From Aliivibrio fischeri ES114 (GTDB taxonomy: Bacteria > Pseudomonadota > Gammaproteobacteria > Enterobacterales > Vibrionaceae), in assembly GCF_000011805.1 (NCBI RefSeq), contig NC_006840.2: a stretch of 32,000 bases of DNA; one strand, given 5' to 3'. The notes beneath the pieces were generated by a model. That model was not told the origin of the DNA. It did no database searches and saw only the letters and a program-made list of their open reading frames with translations. The position numbers and the translations under genes were made by a program. Below, piece after piece: positions 1 to 8,377 of this stretch. How positions within the stretch are numbered: position 1 is the stretch's first letter; each line of letters opens with the position of its first letter.

Positions 1-494
1 ATGTTCATAAACGTGATGATTTTGAATACATTGATGGTGTATTTGAGGCTACGAAGAAACTCAAAGAAATGGGTTACCTATTAGTGTTGGTAACTAACCA
101 ATCAGGTATTGCTCGCGGTATGTTCACTGAAGATCAATTTGAAATTCTTACTGAGTGGATGGATTGGAACTTTGCTGATAATGGCGTTGACTTTGATGGC
201 ATCTATTATTGTCCTCATCACCCTGAAGCCACTGTTGAAAAATACAAAGAAGCATGTGATTGCCGTAAACCAAATCCAGGTATGTTAGTTTCTGCACAAC
301 GTTTCTTAGATATCGACATGGAAAATTCAATCATGATCGGTGATAAGAAAGAAGACATGATGGCAGCGCAAGCGGCTAGTGTTGGCACTCGTATTTTAGT
401 TCGAACTGGTAAGCCAGTAACTGAAGAAGGTGAAGCATTAGCAACTGCAGTTCTTGATAGTGTTGCAGATGTACCAAAGTTCTTGTCTGCTTAG
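1..494 (+). CDS. gmhB: D-glycero-beta-D-manno-heptose-1,7-bisphosphate 7-phosphatase (HAD-IIIA), 5'-truncated by the window edge
   Basis: Frame 3 is open from nt 3 ([25 protein letters not shown] precedes the ATG at 69), so the gene starts upstream of the window. The translation aligns along its length with E. coli GmhB ([36 protein letters not shown], GDKxEDMxAA, VRTGKP). Stop at 492-494. Confidence 0.9.
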   Translation, partial: VHKRDDFEYIDGVFEATKKLKEMGYLLVLVTNQSGIARGMFTEDQFEILTEWMDWNFADNGVDFDGIYYCPHHPEATVEKYKEACDCRKPNPGMLVSAQRFLDIDMENSIMIGDKKEDMMAAQAASVGTRILVRTGKPVTEEGEALATAVLDSVADVPKFLSA

Positions 495-521
495 CTAGAT
501 TTGTTAAAGAGAATATAAATG

Positions 522-555
522 AAACGCCTATAGAGAAATCTGTGGGCGTTTTTTT
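522..555 (+). terminator. Rho-independent terminator of gmhB
   Basis: AAACGCC (522-528) pairs with GGCGTTT (545-551) and can extend by U-G and A-U pairs. The loop is 12 nt, followed by a run of 7 T (549-555), 28 nt after the gmhB stop. Confidence 0.8.
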
Positions 556-630
556 ATGTGTTAACAATGAATATGTTAGCGAGCGTTTTCTTTCTGTCTT
601 ATTTTTAAGATGAAAAAAGTGTATCTTTAT

Positions 631-646
631 TAGGCAAATTTGCCTA
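631..646. promoter_or_regulatory. Perfect 16-bp palindrome TAGGCAAATTTGCCTA (candidate dimeric regulator operator)
   Basis: Read directly: TAGGCAAA and TTTGCCTA are exact reverse complements. It lies in non-coding DNA 64 nt upstream of the ATG at 710. No U-tract follows on either strand, so it is not a terminator. Confidence 0.35.
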
Positions 647-709
647 GAGTTGAGTATATAGATGGATTTTAAGTAATTCGATTAAGGGTTACAGATTAAG
701 GTGGTAGTT

Positions 710-877
710 ATGAATAAGCTTGATAAAGGTAAGAGTTTGCTTTTAGATAAACAGCAACCAAAAGCATTATGCCATCAAAAAGATCCTGTAGATGAAACGG
801 TTAATACGTGGGATCTGCTAACGGATGAACAACAACAAGATATACTTTCTCATTTAAGTGAAATTCCTTTTCAGTAA
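710..877 (+). CDS. Hypothetical small protein (55 aa), below the ORF-track cutoff
   Basis: ATG at 710 is preceded by AAGGTGG (698-704, 5-nt spacing). The open frame runs to TAA at 875-877 and encodes MNKLDKGKSLLLDKQQPKALCHQKDPVDETVNTWDLLTDEQQQDILSHLSEIPFQ. It sits in an otherwise empty 677-bp gap. I recognise no family. Confidence 0.35.
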   Translation: MNKLDKGKSLLLDKQQPKALCHQKDPVDETVNTWDLLTDEQQQDILSHLSEIPFQ

Positions 878-1171
878 CAGCTTCGTTTAGAAACTCTCCT
901 TTTTATCAGTAGATAATTTAATCCAGTGAGGTTTAATTTGTGACACTTTCATAACAATTGTGTCAAAAACTCGCCTTTTACTTTCTAATCCCCGCACGAT
1001 TCTGCAAACTGTTAACTCAATTACATTATCAATGGTTGTCTTTGTAGTTACTTAACTATTGAACTAACTTAATAAAATTATTATAAAAATAAATACAGTT
1101 CGGGCTAGAAATATAGCCTAACTCGTATTACGACAACGGAGTTTGTCGAAGGACATGGAGTACTGTCACGG

Positions 1172-2200
1172 ATGATATCTTACCTACTTAGGCGACTTTT
1201 ATTAGTTGTTCCTACCTTTATCGGTATTACTTTACTTATTTTTGCTCTTACTCGATTTGTTCCGGGTGGGCCAGTAGAGCGTATGCTACTAAGTCTACAA
1301 ATGCAGGGTGCTTCAGAAACGGGAGGCACAAGCAGTGTTACCGATGGTAATAACGCCTTATCAGAAGAGCAGATTGAAGAACTGAATGCGTTTTATGGCT
1401 TAGATAAGCCGGTGTTTGAAGCGTATTATGATTGGTTAACCAAATTGGTTGTTTTAGATTTGGGTGAGTCTACTCGTTATTATGAACCAGTTTGGGACAT
1501 GATAGCCGAACGTTTACCGGTTTCTCTCTTTTATGGAGGGATGACGTTTCTGCTCAGTTATCTCATATCCATTCCGCTTGGTTACTTAAAAGCGCTAAAA
1601 CACGGTTCTATCTTAGATTCGACTTCGTCAATTGCCATTTTTGTTGGTTTTGCTTTACCCGGTTATGTCATTGGGGTCTTTTTGATTAGCTTGTTCAGTT
1701 ATCAATTAGAGTGGTTTCCAATGGGCGGTTTTATTAGTGATGACTTTGATGATTTTGGTGCATTTGAACAAATCAAAGACATCATGTGGCATGCCATTCT
1801 TCCTCTCTTTTGTTATTTGATCGGTGACTTTGCCTTACTTACCATGACGATGAAAAATAATTTAATGGAGAACTTAGCGTCTGATTATGTTCGTACCGCG
1901 ATTGCTAAAGGATTGCCATTTAGAAAAGCAGTTCGTAAACACGCATTGCGTAATAGTTTAATTCCTGTTGCGAGTCATTTTGGTAATTCGTTAATGTTTT
2001 TTATGACGGGTTCATTCTTAATTGAGGTTATTTTTAATATTGATGGCATTGGGTTGCTTGGATACGAAGCCATTATGGAGCGTGATTATCCTGTTGTAAT
2101 GGGATTGTTTGCGATTAATGCCATGATGTTAATGATAGGCAATATTTTGTCTGATGTGTGTGTTGCTGTGGTGGATCCACGCGTGAAGTTTGGAGCCTAG
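1172..2200 (+). CDS. yejB: Peptide ABC transporter permease, YejB-like (microcin C / antimicrobial-peptide importer family)
   Basis: The N-terminus MISYLLRRLLLVVPTF matches E. coli YejB MGAYLIRRLLLVIPTL. The similarity continues through the BPD_transp_1 core (ALTMxxKNxxxExxxxxYVxTAxAKG, SLLIEVxFxxxGxGLLGYEA, RDYPV, DPRxxF). Confidence 0.9.
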   Translation: MISYLLRRLLLVVPTFIGITLLIFALTRFVPGGPVERMLLSLQMQGASETGGTSSVTDGNNALSEEQIEELNAFYGLDKPVFEAYYDWLTKLVVLDLGESTRYYEPVWDMIAERLPVSLFYGGMTFLLSYLISIPLGYLKALKHGSILDSTSSIAIFVGFALPGYVIGVFLISLFSYQLEWFPMGGFISDDFDDFGAFEQIKDIMWHAILPLFCYLIGDFALLTMTMKNNLMENLASDYVRTAIAKGLPFRKAVRKHALRNSLIPVASHFGNSLMFFMTGSFLIEVIFNIDGIGLLGYEAIMERDYPVVMGLFAINAMMLMIGNILSDVCVAVVDPRVKFGA

Positions 2201-2202
2201 TT

Positions 2203-3255
2203 ATGACATTATCATTCAATTTAAGTCCATTAACGCAAAAGAAAATCCAACGTTTTAAAGGGATCAAAAGAGGTTATTGGTCATTCTTAATTTTATCAGC
2301 TTTATTGGTTCTTTCTATTTTTGCAGAGATGTTTGTCAATAGCCGTGCTTTATTGGTGAGTTACCAAGGTGAATGGCATTTTCCAACTTATACCGATATG
2401 AAGCCGGGAAATACCTTTGGTCTTGATTACGTCCATGAGACCAACTATCGAGATTTGAAAGTTAAATTTGAACAAGAGGGGGAAGGGAATTTCGTTATCA
2501 TGCCCATTATTCCTTGGAACCCTTATGAACAGGATTTTTCAGGGGATTTTCCTCCTACTGAGCCCAGTTTTGAAGGACAACATTATTTAGGCACCGATAC
2601 CATAGGTCGAGATATTGTATCTCGCTTGGTTTATGGCTTTCGGATTGCTATGGGCTTTGCCTTAATTACTTTGGCAATATCTTACGCCATTGGTGTTTCT
2701 GTTGGTTGTGCAATGGGGTTCTTTGGTGGGAAGTTTGATTTGTTTTTTCAACGCTTTATCGAAATTTGGTCTATGGTGCCTTTCTTATATGTCATCATGA
2801 TCTTAGTCTCTATCATGAAGCCAAGTTTTATGCTCTTTACCTTAATCAATGTCATGTTTGGCTGGATGGGGATGACATGGTATATGCGAACCATGACTTA
2901 TAAAGAGAAAGCTCGGGAATATGTGATGGCAGCTAAAGCATTAGGTGCATCAAATACACGAATTTTGTTCCATCATATCTTGCCAAACACCATGGTAATG
3001 ATTGTTACCTTAGCGCCATTTACCATTGTCGCCAATATCACTGCCCTTACTGCTTTGGATTATTTGGGACTAGGTTTAATGCCACCGACACCAAGTTGGG
3101 GTGAACTATTGCAACAAGGAAAATCAAATTTAGATTCACCATGGATAGCGAGTTCGGTTGTGACGGCAATTGTCACCGTATTAATCATGGTGACGTTTAT
3201 TGGGGAAGGGATCCGTGAGGCATTCGATCCAAAAAAACACACAAGATATGTTTAA
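2203..3255 (+). CDS. yejE: Peptide ABC transporter permease, YejE-like
   Basis: I take the start at ATG 2203 (MTLSFNL). It lies 2 nt after the yejB stop, with GGAG just upstream. The track ORF start at 2158 lies inside yejB. The protein aligns with E. coli YejE (RGYWS, YLGTDxxGRD, QRFIEIWSxxP, FGWMxxxxxxRxE, LPNxMV, SLGELLxQGKxNLxxPW, REAFDP). Confidence 0.9.
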   Translation: MTLSFNLSPLTQKKIQRFKGIKRGYWSFLILSALLVLSIFAEMFVNSRALLVSYQGEWHFPTYTDMKPGNTFGLDYVHETNYRDLKVKFEQEGEGNFVIMPIIPWNPYEQDFSGDFPPTEPSFEGQHYLGTDTIGRDIVSRLVYGFRIAMGFALITLAISYAIGVSVGCAMGFFGGKFDLFFQRFIEIWSMVPFLYVIMILVSIMKPSFMLFTLINVMFGWMGMTWYMRTMTYKEKAREYVMAAKALGASNTRILFHHILPNTMVMIVTLAPFTIVANITALTALDYLGLGLMPPTPSWGELLQQGKSNLDSPWIASSVVTAIVTVLIMVTFIGEGIREAFDPKKHTRYV

Positions 3256-3324
3256 TACCAATCACAGTAAGTAAGTGAGCATTTTAGCAAACTAGAGAGA
3301 GCAGTGATTTACTACGATTGGTAT
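3255..3324 (+). other. Intercistronic inverted repeat (9-bp arms, 52-nt spacer) between the second permease and the binding-protein gene
   Basis: ATACCAATC (3255-3263) is the exact reverse complement of GATTGGTAT (3316-3324). It overlaps the last base of the yejE stop and ends 36 nt before the SBP start. Confidence 0.3.
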
Positions 3325-3360
3325 CATACCTATCGAAAATAAATAATAAGAAAGGAATCG

Positions 3361-5202
3361 ATGATGAAAAAAGGACTGACAACATTAGCGGTATCAATCG
3401 CTGCATTATTTAGCTTTCAAGCGTTATCTGCTGATTTACCCAATAATCTAGAGTGGGAAACGAATGATTCAGCACCGACATTTGCATCACCAAAAGCGAC
3501 CTTTGGTGGGACGTTTCGAACTTATACGTTGAGTTTTCCTCAAACGTTTCGAACGGTAGGGCCGGACTCTAATGGCTCCTTTCGATCGTGGATATTACAA
3601 GCCAACTTACCGCCATTAATTAAGCACCCAAACACCAATGAATGGTTGCCTGGATTAGCTCAATCTTGGGCGTTTGGTGATGATAACAAAACCGTTTATT
3701 TTAAGTTAAACCCTAAAGCCACATGGAGTGATGGCAAACCGGTTACTGCAGACGACTATCAGTTTATGCTTAAACTGATGCGTTCAAAAGATATTGTTGC
3801 TCCTTGGTATAACGACTTTTTTACCAATGAAATTGCAGATGTGATCTCTTTTAATAAATATACGATAGCGGTGGTTTCTGCAAAAGCCCGTAACCGAGAT
3901 GAACTAATTGAATATACAAACTTAATGCCACGTCCTGCCCATTTTTATGGCAAGCCGAAAGTCGATAAAAATAACGACGGTATTGATGATAAGTTTGTTC
4001 GTAAATACAACTTCAAACCAGAGCCGGTGACTGGGCCTTATTACATCGACAAGATTAAAAAAGGCAAAAACATTGCGTTTAAACACGTCGGTGAGGATTG
4101 GTGGGGGTATGAAAATAAATACAATCAACATCGTTTTAATGTCGAAAAAATTAATATTAAAGTGATCCGTGATGCGGACATTGCGCTTAAACATTTTGAA
4201 AAAGGCAATTTAGATTCGTTTGATTTAGTGCGACCTGATTTGTGGCATGAGAAATCAGATGGTAAAAATTATCAGAATGGATACATACAAAAAGCTTGGG
4301 TATATAACCAAGCTGCGGTTGGTGCAGGAGGGCTTTGGTTAAATACGGCAAAACCGATGTTAGATGATATTAATGTTCGTAAAGGCATTATGTATGCAAC
4401 GGATTTTGACATGATGATTGCTAAGGTTTTACGTAATGATTATTCACGTAAACCAAATGGTATGGGCTTTGGTCACCCGGGTTACGATAATACCGACATA
4501 AAAGCGCCTAAGTTTGATGCTAAAAAAGCCATTGAGTATTTTGAAAAGGCAGGGTTTAGCAAAGTAGGCTCTGACGGTATCCGTACCAATGATAAAGGAG
4601 AGCGCTTGAGTTTTGCGGTTACCTATTCACAGCAGTCATTCACTCCTCGAGTTGCGGTATTAAAAGAACAGGCAAAATTAGCGGGTTTAGATTTTGAACT
4701 TAATCTGATTGATGGCTCTAGTATGTTTAAATACGTACTTGAGAAAAAACACGATATTTCTTTCCATAATATGGGGACGGGAGACATTCCTGCCTATTGG
4801 GAATATTTCCATTCAGATAATGCCAATAAGCCACAAACCAATCATTTCACCAACTTCACATCACCAGAGTTAGATGGGTTGATCGACTCATTTAAAAGTG
4901 AATTCGACATTGAGAAAAAACGCGCGCTTTCTCGTGAGATCCAACAAGTGATTGCCGATGCTAATGTTATTGTTCCTGGTTATATGGTGCCTTACGCTCG
5001 CGCTGGTTTTTGGCGCTGGATGAAGTTACCAGAGCAAATGGCAACGAAGCAGACCGGTTATCTGTTTCACGGTTGGGGTTTTGCTCAAACCTTCAGTACG
5101 TTCTGGATTGATGAAGAGATAAAGAAAGAAACAAAAGCGGCAATGAAGTCGGGTAAAACGTTTGAACCCGTTACGATTATCGATGATACCTATAAATTAT
5201 AG
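3361..5202 (+). CDS. Periplasmic family-5 (SBP_bac_5) peptide-binding protein, YejA-like
   Basis: The 613-aa protein has a Sec signal peptide (MMKKGLTTLAVSIAALFSFQALSA) and AAGGAA upstream. Its size and block pattern resemble E. coli YejA, but the resemblance is weaker than for the permeases (WSDGxPVTAxD; a tryptophan-rich block, WWGYENKY here, followed by EAFKAGxxD-type HFEKGNLD). It is embedded in the ABC operon. Confidence 0.8.
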   Translation: MMKKGLTTLAVSIAALFSFQALSADLPNNLEWETNDSAPTFASPKATFGGTFRTYTLSFPQTFRTVGPDSNGSFRSWILQANLPPLIKHPNTNEWLPGLAQSWAFGDDNKTVYFKLNPKATWSDGKPVTADDYQFMLKLMRSKDIVAPWYNDFFTNEIADVISFNKYTIAVVSAKARNRDELIEYTNLMPRPAHFYGKPKVDKNNDGIDDKFVRKYNFKPEPVTGPYYIDKIKKGKNIAFKHVGEDWWGYENKYNQHRFNVEKINIKVIRDADIALKHFEKGNLDSFDLVRPDLWHEKSDGKNYQNGYIQKAWVYNQAAVGAGGLWLNTAKPMLDDINVRKGIMYATDFDMMIAKVLRNDYSRKPNGMGFGHPGYDNTDIKAPKFDAKKAIEYFEKAGFSKVGSDGIRTNDKGERLSFAVTYSQQSFTPRVAVLKEQAKLAGLDFELNLIDGSSMFKYVLEKKHDISFHNMGTGDIPAYWEYFHSDNANKPQTNHFTNFTSPELDGLIDSFKSEFDIEKKRALSREIQQVIADANVIVPGYMVPYARAGFWRWMKLPEQMATKQTGYLFHGWGFAQTFSTFWIDEEIKKETKAAMKSGKTFEPVTIIDDTYKL

Positions 5203-5236
5203 AGATATCAGTACGTATTGATAGCCAGTAATAAAG

Positions 5237-5258
5237 ACTAGGCGAGGGATCGCCTAGT
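5237..5258 (+). other. Strong intra-operon stem-loop after the binding-protein gene (9-bp stem, GGGA loop, no U-tract)
   Basis: ACTAGGCGA (5237-5245), GGGA, TCGCCTAGT (5250-5258). The arms are exact complements. It lies 35 nt after the SBP stop and 32 nt before the ATPase start. Confidence 0.5.
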
Positions 5259-5289
5259 GTAAATAATAATAAAAATAGCGAAGAAGCAT

Positions 5290-6294
5290 ATGGATAGAGA
5301 AATTGTTTTATCAGTGGAAAATGTAGTCACTGAATTTCAAACGGATGAGGGAACGGTGAGGGTGCTTGATGGTGTCAGTTTTCAAGTCCCAAAAGGAAAA
5401 ACCATTGGCATTGTTGGTGAATCGGGATGCGGAAAAAGTGTTACCTCAATGTCTATTATGGGGTTATTGCCTAAACCTTATGGCAATGTCGTCAGTGGGC
5501 GGATCTTGTATGGAGATACGGATTTAATTCAACTAAGTCCTGACAAATTATATGAAATGCGTGGTAACCGTATCTCTATGATTTTTCAAGATCCAATGAC
5601 AGCACTTAATCCTGTTCATACTATAGGGAAACAAATTAATGAGGTGTTAGAACTTCATCGTCCGGATTTTGATAAAAAACAGCGCCTTGCTTATTCTTTA
5701 GAAATGCTTGAAAAAGTGGGGATCCCATCGCCTGAATCACGTCTTCATGAATATCCTCATAATTTATCTGGTGGTATGCGTCAACGAGTCATGATTGCGA
5801 TAGCGTTGGCTTGTGAGCCTGATATTTTGATTTGTGATGAGCCAACCACGGCGTTAGACGTTACGATTCAAGCACAAATTTTAGAGTTAATGAAAAAACT
5901 TCAAGATGAAACGGGTATGTCGATCATTTTTATTACCCATGATCTTGGCGTTGTCGCTGAAATTTGTGATGAAGTGGTCGTGATGTATGCAGGACGTGTC
6001 GCTGAACAAGCGGGGATCTTTGAATTATTTGATAACCCTAAACACCCTTATACACAAGGTTTGATGGCATCAATGCCGAGCTTACATTTAAAACCAAAAA
6101 CCGAGTTAGATACCATTCCTGGAACCGTCCCTTCTTTAAATGAAATGCCTAGTGGTTGCCGTTTCTCAACGCGTTGTAAATACAAGCAGGATAAGTGCGA
6201 GGTAGAGGTGCCCCCCATGAACCAAGTAGGGGCATTACATCAAGTAAGTTGTCATTTTAGTGAAGCATTAATCAGTAATGAGGAGGCAAAATGA
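5290..6294 (+). CDS. Peptide ABC transporter ATP-binding protein (OppD/DppD type)
   Basis: Walker A GESGCGKS, signature LSGGMRQR, Walker B ILICDEPTTALD, H-loop ITHDL. The C-terminal oligopeptide-ATPase extension carries four Cys (CRFSTRC-x6-C-x17-C). Confidence 0.9.
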   Translation: MDREIVLSVENVVTEFQTDEGTVRVLDGVSFQVPKGKTIGIVGESGCGKSVTSMSIMGLLPKPYGNVVSGRILYGDTDLIQLSPDKLYEMRGNRISMIFQDPMTALNPVHTIGKQINEVLELHRPDFDKKQRLAYSLEMLEKVGIPSPESRLHEYPHNLSGGMRQRVMIAIALACEPDILICDEPTTALDVTIQAQILELMKKLQDETGMSIIFITHDLGVVAEICDEVVVMYAGRVAEQAGIFELFDNPKHPYTQGLMASMPSLHLKPKTELDTIPGTVPSLNEMPSGCRFSTRCKYKQDKCEVEVPPMNQVGALHQVSCHFSEALISNEEAK

Positions 6295-7259
6295 GTGAAT
6301 TATTACGAGTTGATGATCTGAAATTACACTTTAATTCGGGAAAAGGGATTTTTAATAAAGGTTACGTCGTTCATGCCGTTGATGGGGTGTCATTAAGTGT
6401 GAATAAGGGGGAAACCTTAGGTTTAGTTGGTGAATCTGGCTGTGGTAAAAGCACGCTAGGCCGTAGTTTGCTTAAATTATTTGAACCAACAGCTGGGCGT
6501 ATTTTTTTTGAAGGAAAAGACATTACTCATCTAGCTCATAAAGAGATGCGCTCATTGCGTCAAGAAATGCAGATCATTTTTCAAGATCCAACCGAATCAC
6601 TAAACCCTCGCCATACAATAGAAATGATACTAGAAGAACCGTTTGTTATTCATGATGTAGGAACAAAGGAAGAGCGAAAGCTGTGGGTGGAAGAGTTACT
6701 GATTAAAGTAGGATTACCACCAAGTGCCGCTACTCGATATCCTCATGAGTTTTCAGGTGGGCAAAAACAGCGTATTGGTATCGCCAGAGCGATTGCACTA
6801 AAACCTAAATTGATCGTGTGTGATGAATCGGTTTCTGCATTGGATGTCTCTGTTCAAGCGCAAATTGTTAATTTATTACTCGATTTACAAAAAGAGATGA
6901 ATCTGGCGTTAATTTTTATTGCTCATGATTTATCTGTGGTAAAGCACATTTCAGATAAAGTTGCGGTGATGTATTTAGGTAAGATTGTTGAATATGGTGA
7001 TTCAGAGGCACTTTATCATTCACCCAAACATCCTTATACCAAGGCATTATTATCCGCTATTCCTGTGTCACATCCTAAGTTTCGAGGGAAAGAAAGGATT
7101 ATATTAAAAGGCGATGTACCTTCTCCAATTAATCCACCAAAGGGATGTCGTTTTTCAACTCGTTGTCCAAAAGCGGAAGAAGCGTGTTTTCGTGATGAGC
7201 CCAAAAGACAATTGCTTGATAATAATGCGCATGAAGTGGCTTGCCATTTATATAAATAA
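6291..7259 (+). CDS. Peptide ABC transporter ATP-binding protein (OppF/DppF type)
   Basis: The start overlaps the upstream stop (ATGA at 6291-6294). Walker [10 protein letters not shown], signature FSGGQKQR, Walker [14 protein letters not shown]-loop IAHDL, C-terminal CRFSTRC-x6-C-x18-C. Confidence 0.9.
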   Translation: MSELLRVDDLKLHFNSGKGIFNKGYVVHAVDGVSLSVNKGETLGLVGESGCGKSTLGRSLLKLFEPTAGRIFFEGKDITHLAHKEMRSLRQEMQIIFQDPTESLNPRHTIEMILEEPFVIHDVGTKEERKLWVEELLIKVGLPPSAATRYPHEFSGGQKQRIGIARAIALKPKLIVCDESVSALDVSVQAQIVNLLLDLQKEMNLALIFIAHDLSVVKHISDKVAVMYLGKIVEYGDSEALYHSPKHPYTKALLSAIPVSHPKFRGKERIILKGDVPSPINPPKGCRFSTRCPKAEEACFRDEPKRQLLDNNAHEVACHLYK

Positions 7260-7336
7260 ATATCTTTTTTGAAACATCTTAATGGCTCTGTTTTATCCTA
7301 TAGTTACAAGGTTAGAATTAACATAGGTTTAAAAGA

Positions 7337-7666
7337 ATGAAGAGATTATTGGTATTGGCTATTTTTGGCATTCTTGGCGGTTGTTCTTCAACAGCGACAC
7401 CTGATATGGGCTCGGCGAAACCAGTTCATTATGAATGTGAAGCGGGAAGAAATTTTGATATTACGTTCAATAATGATGATGCGTTGTTAACACTTCCAAA
7501 AGAGGAATACGTATTAAAGCGTGCCGTATCTGCATCAGGAATGAAGTATGTATTAAATGATGGTATGCCCGATGTTAGCTCTGCAATTGTATTTCATGGA
7601 AAAGGTGATGAAGCGATGTTAGAGCTTGGTCGAGTTGTTTTGAAAAACTGTGCTGTTTCAGAGTAA
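7337..7666 (+). CDS. mliC: Membrane-bound lysozyme inhibitor of C-type lysozyme (lipoprotein)
   Basis: Lipobox LGGC at the end of the signal peptide MKRLLVLAIFGILGGC. The 109-aa protein aligns with E. coli MliC (YxCE, SASGxKY, FHGKGDEA vs FWSKGDEA, VLKNC vs VLNNC). Confidence 0.8.
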   Translation: MKRLLVLAIFGILGGCSSTATPDMGSAKPVHYECEAGRNFDITFNNDDALLTLPKEEYVLKRAVSASGMKYVLNDGMPDVSSAIVFHGKGDEAMLELGRVVLKNCAVSE

Positions 7667-7718
7667 TACTAATTTAAGTAAATAGTCAGATATTTTGTAG
7701 AAAATAGATTAGATAAAA

Positions 7719-7746
7719 ATGCCCATACATTCATTTGCATGGGCAT
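7719..7746. terminator. Hairpin between convergent genes (probable bidirectional terminator)
   Basis: ATGCCCAT (7719-7726) pairs with ATGGGCAT (7739-7746) around a 12-nt loop. It is flanked by A-rich sequence upstream and T-rich sequence downstream, and lies between the mliC stop (7666) and the stop of the minus-strand gene (7760). Confidence 0.6.
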
Positions 7747-7759
7747 TATTGTATTTAGC

Positions 7760-8377
7760 TTAAGAGCCGTAGGTAACAATATAACGAGTTGGCTTGTGGT
7801 TCATTGCCAATACAATATTGAGAACAACGGCACCTAATACTGAAACGAGGAGTAACCATGGAGTGATAAAGAAAAACGAAGCAGTTAAAATACAGCAGTC
7901 AATGGCCATTTGAACTTTACCTACAGAGATCCCGAATTTCTCTTGAATAAACAGACATAGCACATTGAAGCCACCTAGACTTGAGCGGTGTCTAAATAGA
8001 ATCAACATACCTAACCCCATCAATAGCCCACCAGCAACGGCACAGTAAATATCATTGATATGATCCACTGAAATCATCATATTTAAATGATCTGTCATGA
8101 TAGAAACAAGCGCCCCAGAAATTAAACTGGTTAATGCGAAACGTTTTCCAAAGCGTTGCCAAGCCAGTGCATAAAAAGGCAAGTTACATAGAAAATAAAG
8201 AATACCAAAGCTGATGCCACTCATTTGGCTAATTAATAAAGCTAGTCCTGTTGTTCCGCCAGTCAGTAAGTGTGCGGCTTGTAAAAAGAAAATCCCTTGT
8301 GATACTAAAAAAGTGCCTGTCAAAATAGCGATCACATCTTCTTTATGTGAATGTTTTATTTTTTCCACAGTGTGCAA
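7760..8377 (-). CDS. YitT-family (DUF161) integral membrane protein
   Basis: The 205-aa polytopic protein carries the duplicated YitT-type motif (TGGTTGLALLISQ...G, then SLGGFNVLCLFIQEKFGISVGK). The family call rests on a remembered motif pattern only. Confidence 0.55.
   Translation of the reverse strand: MHTVEKIKHSHKEDVIAILTGTFLVSQGIFFLQAAHLLTGGTTGLALLISQMSGISFGILYFLCNLPFYALAWQRFGKRFALTSLISGALVSIMTDHLNMMISVDHINDIYCAVAGGLLMGLGMLILFRHRSSLGGFNVLCLFIQEKFGISVGKVQMAIDCCILTASFFFITPWLLLVSVLGAVVLNIVLAMNHKPTRYIVTYGS

Noticed and set aside
148-567. Minus-strand ORFs 148-330 and 376-567 overlapping gmhB and its terminator
   Set aside because: They are antisense to a well-supported gene. The second runs through the terminator hairpin. 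No SD and no motifs.
1155-1175. Six-codon uORF (MEYCHG) whose TGA overlaps the yejB ATG as ATGA
   Set aside because: The only SD-like element (AAGGA, 1149-1153) is 1 nt from this ATG, too close to function. This is most likely a coincidence rather than a leader peptide.
2158-2202. Upstream extension of the second permease (MCCCGGSTREVWSLV)
   Set aside because: It overlaps the yejB 3' end. The ATG at 2203 follows a GGAG and aligns with the YejE N-terminus.
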